A DNA stretch of 64,000 nt from Cyanophora paradoxa CCMP329. Taxonomy: Eukaryota; Plantae; Glaucophyta. Below the pieces are notes generated by a model. That model ran no database searches. It saw only the letters and a list, made by a program, of their open reading frames with translations, and had not been told where the DNA came from. Made by a program: the position numbers and the translations under genes. The stretch covers positions 1-64,000 of the forward strand of contig QPMI01000144.1 of the NCBI GenBank assembly GCA_004431415.1, in the 5' to 3' direction. Positions 37,361 through 49,144 of this stretch are shown here, one piece after another; position 1 is the first letter of the stretch; every line of letters starts with the position of its first letter.

Positions 37361-39307
37361 CTACAGAATTATGCGAACGCGGTCTCGGATGCAGGCGCGG
37401 CAGTCGGGGCACTCCTCGACCCGCGCGGCGCAGAGCTCGCACAGTCGCGTGTGGCCGCAGGGGCGCAGGGAGACGCCGCGGGGCCGGTCCATGCACACGG
37501 TGCAGCGCTCGGCCTCGACCTGCGCCGCCGCCTCCGCCGCGAGGCGCTGCGCGAGGGCGCCGGCCTCGAGCAGGCCGGCGGCCACTGCCGCGAGCCGCCC
37601 GGGAGGCAGCTCGCGCATGCTGTGCTCCGCGAAGAGGCGCAGAGCCGCCTCGAGGCTCGCGATCGGGACGCCGCGAGAATTCAGAGGCCCACGGCCAGCG
37701 GCGTCAAGCGGGGGAGGGCCGTTGACGTCGACGTCGGCCACGGCGCGCTCCGCAGCGTCCATCGCCTCCCGCTGCCGCCGGAGTGCCGCCAGCAGCCCCG
37801 ACCTCGCCTCCTCGCCCCGCCGCCTCGCCTCGGCCTCCCTCCGCGAGACCGCCGCCTCCGCCTCCGCCGCCTCCGCCGCAGCTCTGGCGACCGCGGCCGC
37901 AGCGGCCGCCTCGGCCGCGGCGAGCTGTTCCGCCGCTGCAGTCGCCGCAGCGGCAGCCTCTGCTCGCTCCTGCGCAAGCAGCGCCTCCACCTGCCCCCGC
38001 TGCGCCCGTTCTACCTCCAGAAGCTGCGCCAGCGCGTCGCGCTCCGCCCACAGCTGCTCCGCTTCGGCCTGCGCCCGCTGCAGCTCCTCCTGGAGCTGGA
38101 GCTGCTGCTGCCTGGCCGTCTCCGCCGACGCAGGAGGGGGCGACGTGGGCTTGGAGACGAGAGGGGGCCTGTACGGTGGGGGACGATCACGGTCACGAGC
38201 TCGAGGAAGTGCAGGCTGTTGCGCGCTGGCTGCAGCTGCAGGCAGGGCTGTTCGCAATTGAGAGCCAGGCTCACGGTTGCGAATGTTCTCCGAATTCGAA
38301 GTCTGTGCTGGCAGTTCAAACTCCGCCAATTGATCATTCGCATCGTGCACGTGAGGCCTAGGCTCGCGATCGATCGATATTGCGAGCTCCGCCTCTGCTC
38401 CCAGTGGCTGCACACGCGGTACGGATGTTGAGATTTTTCGAAATCGCAAAGGCTGCAAAGTAAAGGTTTGTGCAGCCTACAGCTATAGCTAGGCCTGCGA
38501 ACCATGCGAGTGGCCATGGATGTCGACGTGGGGATAGAGCACTCGATCGCGAGCTGAAGATCACGATCGACATCGATGCGATCATGTTCATCGAATTCAT
38601 GATCAGAAGTGCGATTCGGATTCGAATTCGGCTGCTGCGTGGCAAACTGTTAAAGTTATACTTTAGCTTTATTTTTAATTTTTACTTCTTCGAAATTACG
38701 CCACCTTCGCTTTGGACTTCTTCTTCTTGGTCGTCCTTGCAATTGAATATGAAGAGCTTGCGCATGCGACGTCGACTGCAGCTGGCGCGCTCTGCTCTAG
38801 ATCTTTTGCCCCCTGGCCTGTCCATGGGCTCAATGTCGGCTCACTCTGCTTAGAGATGGCAATTGTTAATCTCAGGATCGATATTAAGAGGAGCTCGGGT
38901 ATATCATACCAGCATCGATGTCGATGACGTGCACGTGGTAGCACCTGTACATGTGCATGTATAGCATCCGGGATCCGCGACCGTGCACGTATACGTAGTC
39001 AGCGATCATGTATGCACACGCATAGTGTTTTAATTTATATGTTAGAAAAAAATGCGCCGGCGAGTCGCGCACGTCTGCAGCTGTTGACGTTCGACATGGC
39101 GAGAATTGCATCAGCATGTACTTTCCTCACTGTTTTTTGGCGTATCCTGGCAGAGAGAGCCGGACCGTTGCAACACGACTGCAGCATTTTCAAACACTCC
39201 ACGTCGGACATTTGGGTCACGACATTTGCGAGCTGTCTTTGTGTGTCTTCTGGCAGAGGCAACCTTGGACCTACTTTAAGCCTTGAAAGGTTCTTGGGCT
39301 CCCTCAT
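37361..39307 (-). CDS. Host coiled-coil protein with C-terminal C3HC4 RING finger (upstream exons uncertain)
   Basis: CTVCMDRPRGVSLRPCGHTRLCELCAARVEECPDCR preceded by an Ala/Glu coiled coil. Confidence 0.8.
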
Positions 39308-39400
39308 TAATGTCTGAATTTAATGCAAACGCGCGCATTTCAGCGTTTCAAAATCAAAAAAAGATTTTGCACACGTGCACGTGTGCAAGTATACGTCTAC

Positions 39401-39683
39401 TGTTGTAAAGGGGAGGACCCCCCCCCAAACCAGACCGCCCCCAAAGTCTGGTTTTACCTTCAGGGATCCACCCCTTCTAGCGTCATCAATTAGCGATTTT
39501 TCTGAGATCAGTTAGGCGTGTTAATTAGGCGTGATGATGGACGAGCATGGATTTGAAGATTGGAAGGCGTGAGGGCGAGTGCATTTGGATCTGAGTAGAG
39601 AATATCGAGGGAGCTCTATCTAGGCGCTATCAGGGGCGACCTCCCAAGCGGTACGGGCCCCCAGAGCGGTCTGGTGCGGCCTC
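39401..39683 (+). repeat. Left TIR of element 2 (outer end inferred at TGTTGT, 39401)
   Basis: 39422-39683 is the reverse complement of 63739-64000. Confidence 0.92.
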
Positions 39684-39773
39684 TGGAGATGAGAAACGTC
39701 GAGATTAATATGTACAGTACTAGTGGACCTATAGCTAACTGCTGAACGTAACTGCTCCTCACACAAATCAGAG

Positions 39774-40458
39774 TCATATATCAGAGTCAGAGTCAGAGTC
39801 TGAACTGTTCCTTACTGAGTCAGAGTCAGAGCCATAGAGTATTCTATAGCTAATCATTTGATAGCTATAGAATAATTCAAGATCAATGCGCCACCGACAT
39901 GGAGGGCAGTAATCTGATATATCGATATATAGGTGTCAGAAAGCATTTCAGCAAAGAATGATATATAGTCATTATATAAGTAAACGCACATTTGTGGCGG
40001 TCGGGCACGTCCGCATCCTGTAGAGGACGAGAGTCTGCACACTCGCAGCAGCAGGGCATACAACCGGACTTGACAAGGGCGCATGCTGCCTTTTCGCCGT
40101 AACGGTGAATCTTGCGCGACGGCTCGCACACGTTCATTCTTGCTTCGACGCGCCAGCGGCACGGAGGGCAGTAATCTGATAGATTTTATTAGGCAAGGCA
40201 CAAATTGTACTAAGTGTACGTAATTGCACACGCACACATATGGTAGCGAGAAGGGATGCTAGAACGTATACTAGAATCCATGCACTCGCAACAGCAGGGC
40301 AAACAACCGTACTTTACAAGGGCGCATGTGGATTCGAAATTGAGCTTGTGGGACGGCTCGCACAGGAAGCTGGTAATGTGAAGGCAAATCTCTTCTGGAA
40401 ACGGCAGAACCTCAGTCAACAGCTGTGCAACTTCTGTGACGGTTGCCGATCGCGACAT
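39774..40458 (-). CDS. F-box-like protein with two Cys/His repeats; exons 40458-40236, 40175-39990, 39913-39774
   Basis: LPFPEEICLHITSFL; removing two GTGCGT..ATCAG introns gives one open frame with two CEPS..CALVK.GC.PCCCEC..H.YYCPPCRWR units. Confidence 0.8.
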
Positions 40459-41753
40459 GGCCCAGTGGTCTACTAGGCCCGGGCTAGCGCTAGTACGACT
40501 CTGTAGTAGAGTCTGTACGAGTAGGCTACGCCGCTACTAGGCTACTTACTACTACTAAGTTAGCCGCTAGTAGCCCGCTACTATAGTACGCCGCGACCGC
40601 GACTTGCCAAGTTGCCAAGTTGGCGAGTGTGATAGCTGAAAGCCGCTGAGCACGCCTTTTATACTACGGTTGTGTTTCTTTATTCAGAAAGAAAGATAAT
40701 AATTGCAATTTGGCCGGCTTAAGAAGGTTCCATCAAGTTCTGCTACTTCATATAACAAAATTCGCATTTAACATAAAAGAATTAAATTCTGGGTCCCGAA
40801 GGTTCCAGCTGCCGAGTCAGACGTGGCAGCTTGCCATTGGCCAACGTGGCAGCTCGCCATTGGCCAACTTCAAGAATTGTGCAATTAGCAAAATGAGTTA
40901 TATTCGTATTTGTTTGCGCCATGATATTGAAAAACAGTACAATTGTAAGATTTGTCTATAGCAATTCTCAATTCTATTGCTGAAGTTCTAGCAATTCTCA
41001 ATTCTCTACCTGCCAGGCTGTTGCTGCAACTTCAAATTTCAGGCTTGCTAGCATGCTGGCCTAGCTAGCGCCGCCGTCAAGGCCGACGTACTACTGTAGG
41101 CGTAGTTTTTTAGCCGTTGTAAATAATTCGGCAATTTAGTATGACGGCAATTGCTTTGGGGGTAGGTAAATGCTCAGCCCGCCATAGAGCAGAAATCTGG
41201 ATTCGGCAATTTAATACCACGGCAATTCCGGTTTTGGACAAATTCGGCAATTTTACTACGCGGCAATTTAACTACGCCTAAAGTAGACTACTAGCTATAG
41301 CGCGGTACTAGCGCCGCTAGCTATAGCGGCTAGCGTATTATAATTACATTTGTACATCAAGTCGAGCTGATGTTAATTTGATGCGGATCGGAGTCATGGG
41401 AAAGTTTGCAATTGACTCATTGACTCAGTGATGGCTATCATAGTATTTGAAGCCGCCGCCGTCGACGTCAGTAGGCCTGCACCGCGCGCGACTCAGCTCG
41501 AGAGTCAGAGGCTCAGAGCTAGCGACGCTCAGGCTACTAGGCTAACCCATTAATTAGTACAGCTAGCGCTAGCGCAGCGCCACGCACGTTTGATTTTGAT
41601 AGCTTCCATTTCAACTTCTTCCTTCAGCTTGAGCACGCGACTGCAGATCGCGTCGAGATGTTGCATGCTACTATCGTGCTCTTGCTGGCTCTGCGCAAGC
41701 GCCGCGAGCGTTAGTGCATCGGACTCGCCGACGCCAGCGCTAGTCGCGCTAGT

Positions 41754-41957
41754 CTATCTCCTCACCATATTGTGACTCTTGAGCTCGAGATCATGTCTGA
41801 TTTGCCGCATTCCTGCAGCCATGCTGCTCAAATCCTCGAAAAGGGCCGCAAACATCTGCTCGCTAATTTCTGCTCGCATCGAAACTCGTATGTCGTCGAG
41901 GCGCCGGCGCTTGTTCGACATAGCGTTCTCAAGGCTGTGCTCGGTGTTGTTGGCCAT
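41754..41957 (-). CDS. Small hypothetical coiled-coil protein with NLS-like KRRR (may extend via frameshift)
   Basis: 67-aa ATG ORF. Confidence 0.35.
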   Translation of the reverse strand: MANNTEHSLENAMSNKRRRLDDIRVSMRAEISEQMFAALFEDLSSMAAGMRQIRHDLELKSHNMVRR

Positions 41958-42456
41958 TGGATTTGGGGTCTGTACGCTCGCAAAGCTTGCTGCGCACGCG
42001 TGTACTCTTCTTTTGCTAGCTCTATTGCCTGCTCTGAGCGTCCGGATCCTGATTTATCTGCCCGGTCTAATCTGGCCTTCGCGTTTTTGCAGTCTTTCCT
42101 CAGCCGTGCCTTCTCCGGGTGCTCCGCCTTTTTCCACTTTGCAGTGCGCTCCTTTCCGGGGACTGGCGGCGGCCGCGGCGCTGCAAGGCGCTGGTGCCGG
42201 GCTGGACCGCTTACTAGTTTAACTGAGCTTGCCGGTGCCGCCAGCCTGGCCTAAGAGTCTAGGACTTCCCGGGCCGAAGCTTCGAGGTTTTCCACCGACT
42301 TTCTTTAATTGGCTGAAAAGAAAGAAAGAGAGAAAACACGAAAAAACGTGAAGAAACGAGAAACAGTCAAAAACCAATTGCAATTCGAAAAAAGTCACGA
42401 GTCTCAAAAAAACAACATATTGAACGTGTACCGTCACTACCGTGACATCCGTATCC

Positions 42457-42515
42457 GACGTACGGCGGGTGTGACGGACGTACGGCGGGTGTGACGGACG
42501 TACGGCGGGTGTGAC
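42457..42515. repeat. Three tandem 20-bp repeats GACGTACGGCGGGTGTGACG (degenerate copies at ~42615-42655)
   Basis: Read directly from the sequence. Confidence 0.9.
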
Positions 42516-42817
42516 ACTGTGACAGTCGACGTCAGGCCGCTAGTACTAGCCTAGTAGGCCCGCTACACCCGCTAGCGCTAGCGCTAACCTAGCCTAGTAG
42601 CTGGTACGGCTTGCGGACGTTCGGCGGTGTGACGGACGTACGGCGAGGGTGACGCGGGCGGTCTGCAGTGACACTGTGCAATCGGCTAGCACAGCAGTAG
42701 CGCTAGCGCTAGCGCTAGCTATATATATATAGGTCCTAGCAAGTCTTAGAGATAGCTTCACGATCTAGCGCTACAGCTCCGGCCGCGGATCGAGAGCGCC
42801 ACAATCACTAAGCCAAG

Positions 42818-43486
42818 ATGCCGTCGCACAATCCAACAGCGTACCGGCGTGCTCTGAAAGAGGGGCTGAAGCATCTATGTTCGACGGCACTGGAGCGCCA
42901 AGTAATAAGCCAGCGCGATTATGCGTATTTTGAGCTATTTTTCAGCAGCAACTCGAGGAAAAGTCTTAACTCGATTAACATGTGCATACTATCAATTCAC
43001 AGAATCATGCGCGACGCAAATCAGCAGTACGTGCAAATGATGGAGATAGCTGGGTCGTCCCCTGAGCAAGCTCAACTGCGGGCTGACATCGAACGGGCTT
43101 ATCAACGAGTTGAAGAAGCTGATCTGACTGCGTTTTCCCTAGCGAGTATCAAAACGTTCTCGCACCAGGCTGATTCGATTTGCCCAATTCCAGATGTAGG
43201 CGTTGAGGATTCACAGTCTATCGCTAATGCGTCAGAGACAGCGAGCACCGTACTTGGCGAAGCCGAAGAGCCAGCTGCAGCGGAGGGCATAGCCAGCGCC
43301 GGCCAAGGCGAAAATGACGAGAATAATAATTCAGCACCGGCTGATGCAGCTGCTGAGATCGAACAGGGCTCTGATCGTGAGGAGATCGACGCCACGCGTA
43401 CGGCTCTAGATCTTGATCCAGTGGTTGATGGCTCCGTTCCAGGGGGCTTGGGGTTGGAGGGAGCGAAGTGGTCCGGCTATAGCTAG
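42818..43486 (+). CDS. Hypothetical viral protein with acidic tail
   Basis: 222-aa intronless ATG ORF upstream of pPolB. Confidence 0.65.
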   Translation: MPSHNPTAYRRALKEGLKHLCSTALERQVISQRDYAYFELFFSSNSRKSLNSINMCILSIHRIMRDANQQYVQMMEIAGSSPEQAQLRADIERAYQRVEEADLTAFSLASIKTFSHQADSICPIPDVGVEDSQSIANASETASTVLGEAEEPAAAEGIASAGQGENDENNNSAPADAAAEIEQGSDREEIDATRTALDLDPVVDGSVPGGLGLEGAKWSGYS

Positions 43487-43850
43487 CGCTAGCACCGACG
43501 CCAGGCGAGCTCAGCAGCCTCGCCGGCAGTTGACAGCAGAGGAGCGCGCAGAGCGACTACTGAAGCGTAAGCGTAAGGCGCAGCACGAGCTCTGCCTAAA
43601 ATTGAAAGCAGCTGGGGTTAGAGTGGCTGTGGTGGGAATCAGACGAGAAGATGGCGGCCACTATTTCACAGAGCTCGTCCGACTTCAGAGCAGTTTACAA
43701 GATGGTCACAAATCGTGAACACGATCATGCTGGCCAGCCCTTGACCTCTCTTGCATGGCTTAGAGGTTTCCTGCATTCTATCTAGCAGTCAGAGATTGTT
43801 GCGCTGAAATCCGAAATTAATTTCAGTCCCTCTTCTTGGAAGCGCATGCA

Positions 43851-46800
43851 ATGGCCAGCACTGCAGCACTTAAGGCCGAACTTAGAAATTTAGCGACAGA
43901 ACTTTATGATCGTGGATATGTTCACGGGACATTTCGAAACAAACTGATGCGCCTAGCGGACGCTAGCAGCGGGACCTGGGGCCAAACGATTCGCAAATAT
44001 ATAGCGACACTGCTGCGACTGCGGAGCACGATTCGCCCAGCACGCCGCTTATATGAAGGCCAGCTCGCAGGCCATTTTGGCGCAATTGCAGCAGCTCGCG
44101 CAAACGCGGTTCAGGCCGAGGAGGCGATACTGGAGGACGTTCCTAATATATTTCAGGATGTTGAAGAAATTCCCGTGCCACAAGATCTGGATGGGGTGCT
44201 CTCTCACAGGCACCACCGCTATCCGAATTTACTATTCGATAAGCACGTATATGCAATCGAGCCCACCTACGATCCGGAGTCCGTAAAGAATTTAACTATC
44301 GACGTTCTGGGTCAACTGGGCATTGCAGAGATGATAGGGCGATTTGTGTTAATCCGGTTCCGCTTTGACAATAATCACATGTATACGACCCAGCTGATCC
44401 AAATAAGACAGAACGGGTTGCAGAGTTTGACTGAGAGTTTAGATGAGCGGATTGCGCAGTGGATGTCAGCACAAATGTCATATCAGGAGGACGATTTCTG
44501 GACGGTAACATCGATCGAGGTGTTAATTGCAGACAACGCGGCTGGCGCCCTAGGCAATGTTCCGAAATTGCCATTTTATCATAGGACAGTCGATAAGCTA
44601 TACTGCCCGATGTCCCCAGCGAATGACTGCGTGCTCGAATGCTTTGAGTACGTTAAATTAAATCCACGCGGACTGAGCCTGAAGACAGTAATCGAAAAGC
44701 TGGCAAAGGCACCCTATGCATCTATTCGAGAGCGGCTCGGACTGGGAAAGGGCATGATATCTCTTGATCGCAGCACAGTAGAAGCAATCTGCGGATTTTA
44801 TTCGATAGATACAACTGTGACGGAGTGGGCAAACACGAAATTCAAGGAGCTTTTTCGAACCCAGTTTGATTATTCGAAGCGTGCAATTCTCTGCAACATT
44901 GATGGGCATTGCTACCTGATTAAAAAGGAGGCGACACTAGGTCTGGAGCGGTGCCCTTGCTGCGGAAAGATGTTTGATTTGGCAACGCATGTGGAGCAAT
45001 GCACGTTCTGCAATAACTGCAAACGCGCGTACGACCCCAGAAAAGATCATTCATCAGAGTGCCAGGAGATGACGCGCCGTCAAAACGTGATCGGGCGGCA
45101 AATCAAGCCCTGCAAACCGGAGACAGAATTTACAGCGTTGGACAGCGTTGTCTGCGCGGATTTTGAAACGTTTGCTGCCAACGGCAAGACGCACGTTCCA
45201 TATGCTGTCAGCTATTGCACGATTGAAAAAGGGGAGGTCTCGCCATGCGAGTTAATTTATGGTGAGCAAACGTTGGACTTGTTCATGCGCTGGCTTGAGC
45301 GCCGCAGCGAAAAGACGACGTTGGTGTTCTACAATGGGTCTGGCTTTGACTATATATTTGTCTACAAATGGCTCGTGTTAAATCGACCGAATACAGCATT
45401 AAACGTTCTGCGGTCGAACGGCAAGATCAAGAATATGTCGTGGAAAACGGCTGCAGGCGGGCCTATAAGTACGTTTGATCCGTGCCTGCACATCCAGGCT
45501 TCGCTCAAACAGGCCTGCAAGGACTACGGCTGCACTAACGTAAAGGGAGATTTTGATCATAGCAAGATTAAAACGTGGGAGGACGTTGAGCGCTTTAAAT
45601 CTGAATGGGAGCCGTACGTGGAAGACGACGTTAAGGCAATGACAGAGCTTTACATTAAATATTCGACAGCAGTCTTCGATCTGTACGGCTTAAACGTGAA
45701 CACAACGCAAACAACCACAGCTTCGGCAATGGCGTTCCAGATTCATCGGCAGACGTTGATCAATCCAATTTCGCTACCGACCTACAAGGATGATCAGGTG
45801 CTGCGCCAGGCAATATATGGTGGACGGTGTCTCCCATTTAAACGCAAATTCGTCTCATCGGGCCCGGATGATTATTTAGTCGACCTGGATGTTGTAAGCT
45901 TGTATCCGACGGCTATGTACGAGAATTGGTTTCCAACTGGAAAGTACAAGCATATTACGTCGCCCGATGCGCTGGACAGATTCTGCAAGATATTACAATC
46001 GAATCAGCGTTCGTTGATGTTTATTGCGTGCGTGGACGTGACAATTCCGCAAAATCTGCTGCTCTCTCCGCTGCCACGGCACGAATCTAATCTAGGCTGG
46101 TCTAATCTCAAGCCAATTGAGCGCGGTTGGTATACGTCAGTCGATATTAATCGTGCAATTAAACTGGGATGCGAGGTGACGAAGGTGCGCGAGGTCTACC
46201 TGTTTGACGGTAAAGATCAGATGTTTAAGACCTACATGGAGCGGATGTACTGCCAGAAAGCTAGATCTCGCAAGGGAACAGCTCCGTATGCGACGTCAAA
46301 GATTTACATGAATGGCCTTTACGGTAAATATTGCCAGCGGCCTGTGATCACAACCTCGGATCTGGTCACATCATACAAGCGATTTCGAGAAATTCAGCGA
46401 TCAGCGCAGATCACAGACATTTCGATCGAATCAGACACGCGGATGTTTGTCACGTACGAGATTGAGGAGTCCAAGCGTGATAGAGCTGTCACTAAACCGT
46501 GCTTTATTGGCGCATTTATTCTGTCATATTCGCGGGAGATCATGGACAGGTTTCTGATTGAAATAGGCGCATACTGGAGCATCGATGCAATGCCGTTTTA
46601 TACTGATACGGACTCTTTGATTGTCCATCGAAAATACGCTGATCTGCTGCGGGCAAAAGGTTATATGAAGCCAGCATATGATATAGCGACGGCAACAGAT
46701 GCGGACATTTGCAGGCAGGAACTAGGGAAACTTGACTGTGACATTAAAGGGCGGATTGTGGAAGCGTACTTCATTGGGCCGAAGCTTTATACGTGTTCAT

Positions 46801-47176
46801 TTGTACGTGACAGCGACGCGCAGCTTGATCTGCATGTACGCGCAAAGGGGATTCCGCAATCGTGGATCCAGGAGCACTGGCTACCAGACGAACCAGAGGC
46901 GAGGAAAGGGGCCCTCGACCGCAGGATCGCTCTGGATGCTTACAGGTGCATGCTCGAGGATCCCACGTACCAACCCAAATGCACAATCGAATCAAAGCTG
47001 GCCCGTGTTTATAAACCGAACGGGCGGCAACGGAGAGCGGAATCAGCTTTAGTTCCATGATCCAAATTCCGTTCGCTCGACAGCTGAACAAGTCGCAGTA
47101 TACAAAGCGCAAGATAATTTCGGACGAATACTATAGTAGCGTCCCCCATGAGTACCGCGCAGGCGAGCCGAATTAA
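43851..47176 (+). CDS. Protein-primed family B DNA polymerase with intact exonuclease motifs (frameshift near 47020)
   Basis: ADFETF, YNGSGFDY, YVEDDV, IYGGR, DVVSLYPTAM, KIYMNGLYGKY, YTDTDS, PKLY, AKGI; alternative frame ends KRKII..SVPHEY. Confidence 0.95.
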
Positions 47177-48334
47177 GCAAGCTTATTACGATCCGGAAAC
47201 TGGCTTTCAGTCTGCGGCGAGGATAGCTAAGCGGCTCAATTTACCGCTATCAAGAGTGCAGGACGTACTTTCAAAATTGACGACTGCGCAGCGTTTTGCG
47301 AAACCTGTAAAGGAAAAGCCATCGACCAGCATAATTTACGGGGAGCCCGAAAAGTACTACGAAGTCGATCTGATTGATGTGACCCGTACGCGAGAACTAA
47401 TCGAGGGATTACTTTTATTATGAACGGTATCGATGTGACGACGCGCAAAGCGTATAGCATCCCTATGAAGACGAAATCGGAAAGCACTCTGCTAGCCAGT
47501 TTGAAGAAATTGATTGATGCACTCCCCTCGAAGCCGGACGTCATTCAGACAGATCAGGAGTTCAAAGGAACCGCAGCAACAATGCTAGCGAGTATGGGCA
47601 TCAAGCATAATGCAGTGGAGGCGCATCGCCCGCAAGCAAACGGCAAAATAGAGAGATTTAATGGTACGCTTAAGCGCATCATTGCAAAGTACATGGATGC
47701 GTACGACACGGACAGATATATCGATAAGCTGCCTGCTTTCTTGCGCAATTATAATTCGTCAGAGCATAGGTCAATTGGTACGTCGCCGAACGCTGCAGCA
47801 GAAAATCCGAAGGAGACAATTGCACGCAACGACTACCAGAGAGAAGCGTACGAGCAACAGCACTATTTTGCCCAAGCGGAATTTAAGGTAGGCGATCGGG
47901 TGCGAGTGCAGCTAGAGCGGCAGCGTTTCGACAAGTCTTCAAAGCCGACGTATTCAAAAGAAATCTACACGATCACGGAGATAGGTGGCTTTGGGCCGCT
48001 GCTCAAATTTACGCTTTCGGGCTACGACAAAGCGGTGACCTACCAGCGACTATTGAAAGTAGCGGCAGATTCAGAGGAACGTCGTGCGGGCAATGCAGCA
48101 CAGCGGGCACAGCAGCGCAGGAAGAAAGAGATTAATCTAATGCAAGAGAATCTAGACAAGAGTGATATAGAGAGAGCGCGCAAACTCGAGCGTTTGCAGA
48201 AGCAATTGTTGACTGCAGGTAAAGAGAAGCTGAACCCAGGAGGGGCAACACAGAGATGGTATTCGTCGTTCCAGAATAAAACTGCAGCGTACTCAGCCCC
48301 TGGCAATACGCGAACTCTCCGCCCACGCGCGTGA
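47148..48334 (+). CDS. Retroviral-like (rve) integrase, 1-nt frameshift near 47380
   Basis: YYDPETG, VDLID / NRGITFIMNGIDV, QTDQEF, KIERFNGTLK, YNSSEHRSIGTSP, FKVGDRVRV. Confidence 0.92.
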
Positions 48335-48400
48335 AAAAGAAAGGGAGCCATCTTGGCTTCCTCCTTCTTTCGCTCCCCTCTTTTTACTAATTGCCGGCCA

Positions 48401-48676
48401 TTAGAGAGCTATAACAATTGTTTGTTGGAGGGACTCTAGCAGAGCTAACTTTTCGTAGATTCGATTGCGATAGCGGCGATTGGCCTCCAGATGGCCCTCA
48501 CTGTTATTGCGTTGATATTTCAAACTGGCTTCGATGTGACGTCGCCGGTAATCAGGATCTTCATTGTACCTGCGCCGATGGCTCTCCGCTCGCTTGGCCT
48601 TCCGTGCCGCAGCGATTTCAGGGGTGACAACAATTGGCTTGCGGCCTGGGCGCTTTGGCGATGATTCGGCATCCAT
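48401..48676 (-). CDS. Small basic protein with AT-hook-like KRPGRKP
   Basis: Resembles 8255-8482 (RYNEDPDYRR). Confidence 0.65.
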   Translation of the reverse strand: MDAESSPKRPGRKPIVVTPEIAAARKAKRAESHRRRYNEDPDYRRRHIEASLKYQRNNSEGHLEANRRYRNRIYEKLALLESLQQTIVIAL

Positions 48677-48787
48677 ATTTGCGGGTTTCTCGTCACAAAC
48701 AAGGAGCGAAATAATTTTATGGCATCAATCGCAGAACGACCAACTGCGTTGGATTTCGAGAATTAAATCCGAGATATAATTAAAACA

Positions 48788-49144
48788 ATGCCAGCAACGA
48801 TCCGATTCGGCAAGTATCGAGGGGAGACGCATCTGGAGGTTGTTTACAGGGATCCAAAATATGCAGAATGGTTAATTTCGTGGCCGCATTTGCGCCCATA
48901 CGATAAGCAAAAGCTTGAGCGTGCATTCGAAATGTGCCGCACAATAGAGGGCTCTGAGCTTAGGAAGATGATTGACTTCGCAAAGCAGCAGCGACGTCCT
49001 ACAGTCGAAGCCGATGGGCTGGGCGAACTGATTACAGTCGAATCCGCCGACCTCCAGAGCTCCCTTCATTTGAGAGCTTGTAGAATTGGGCTCAGAAACA
49101 TTGGGGGTAGCTGGCTTTACAGCTGCATCATCGAGAGCTTGTGA
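48788..49144 (+). CDS. Small protein with DUF3820/ExoX-C-like motif
   Basis: IRFGKYRGET..DPKYAEWL; 3' end overlaps the opposite ORF, so the true stop is uncertain. Confidence 0.65.
   Translation: MPATIRFGKYRGETHLEVVYRDPKYAEWLISWPHLRPYDKQKLERAFEMCRTIEGSELRKMIDFAKQQRRPTVEADGLGELITVESADLQSSLHLRACRIGLRNIGGSWLYSCIIESL

Noticed and set aside
39620-39780. Both terminal genes sharing a TIR-encoded C-terminus
   Set aside because: The spliced F-box frame stops at 39774, before the TIR; only ORF 63398 reads into a TIR, and its tail may be a frameshift artefact
40822-40868. NFI-type TGGC-N5-GCCA sites as in the adenovirus origin
   Set aside because: 1.4 kb from the terminus, and NFI is an animal factor
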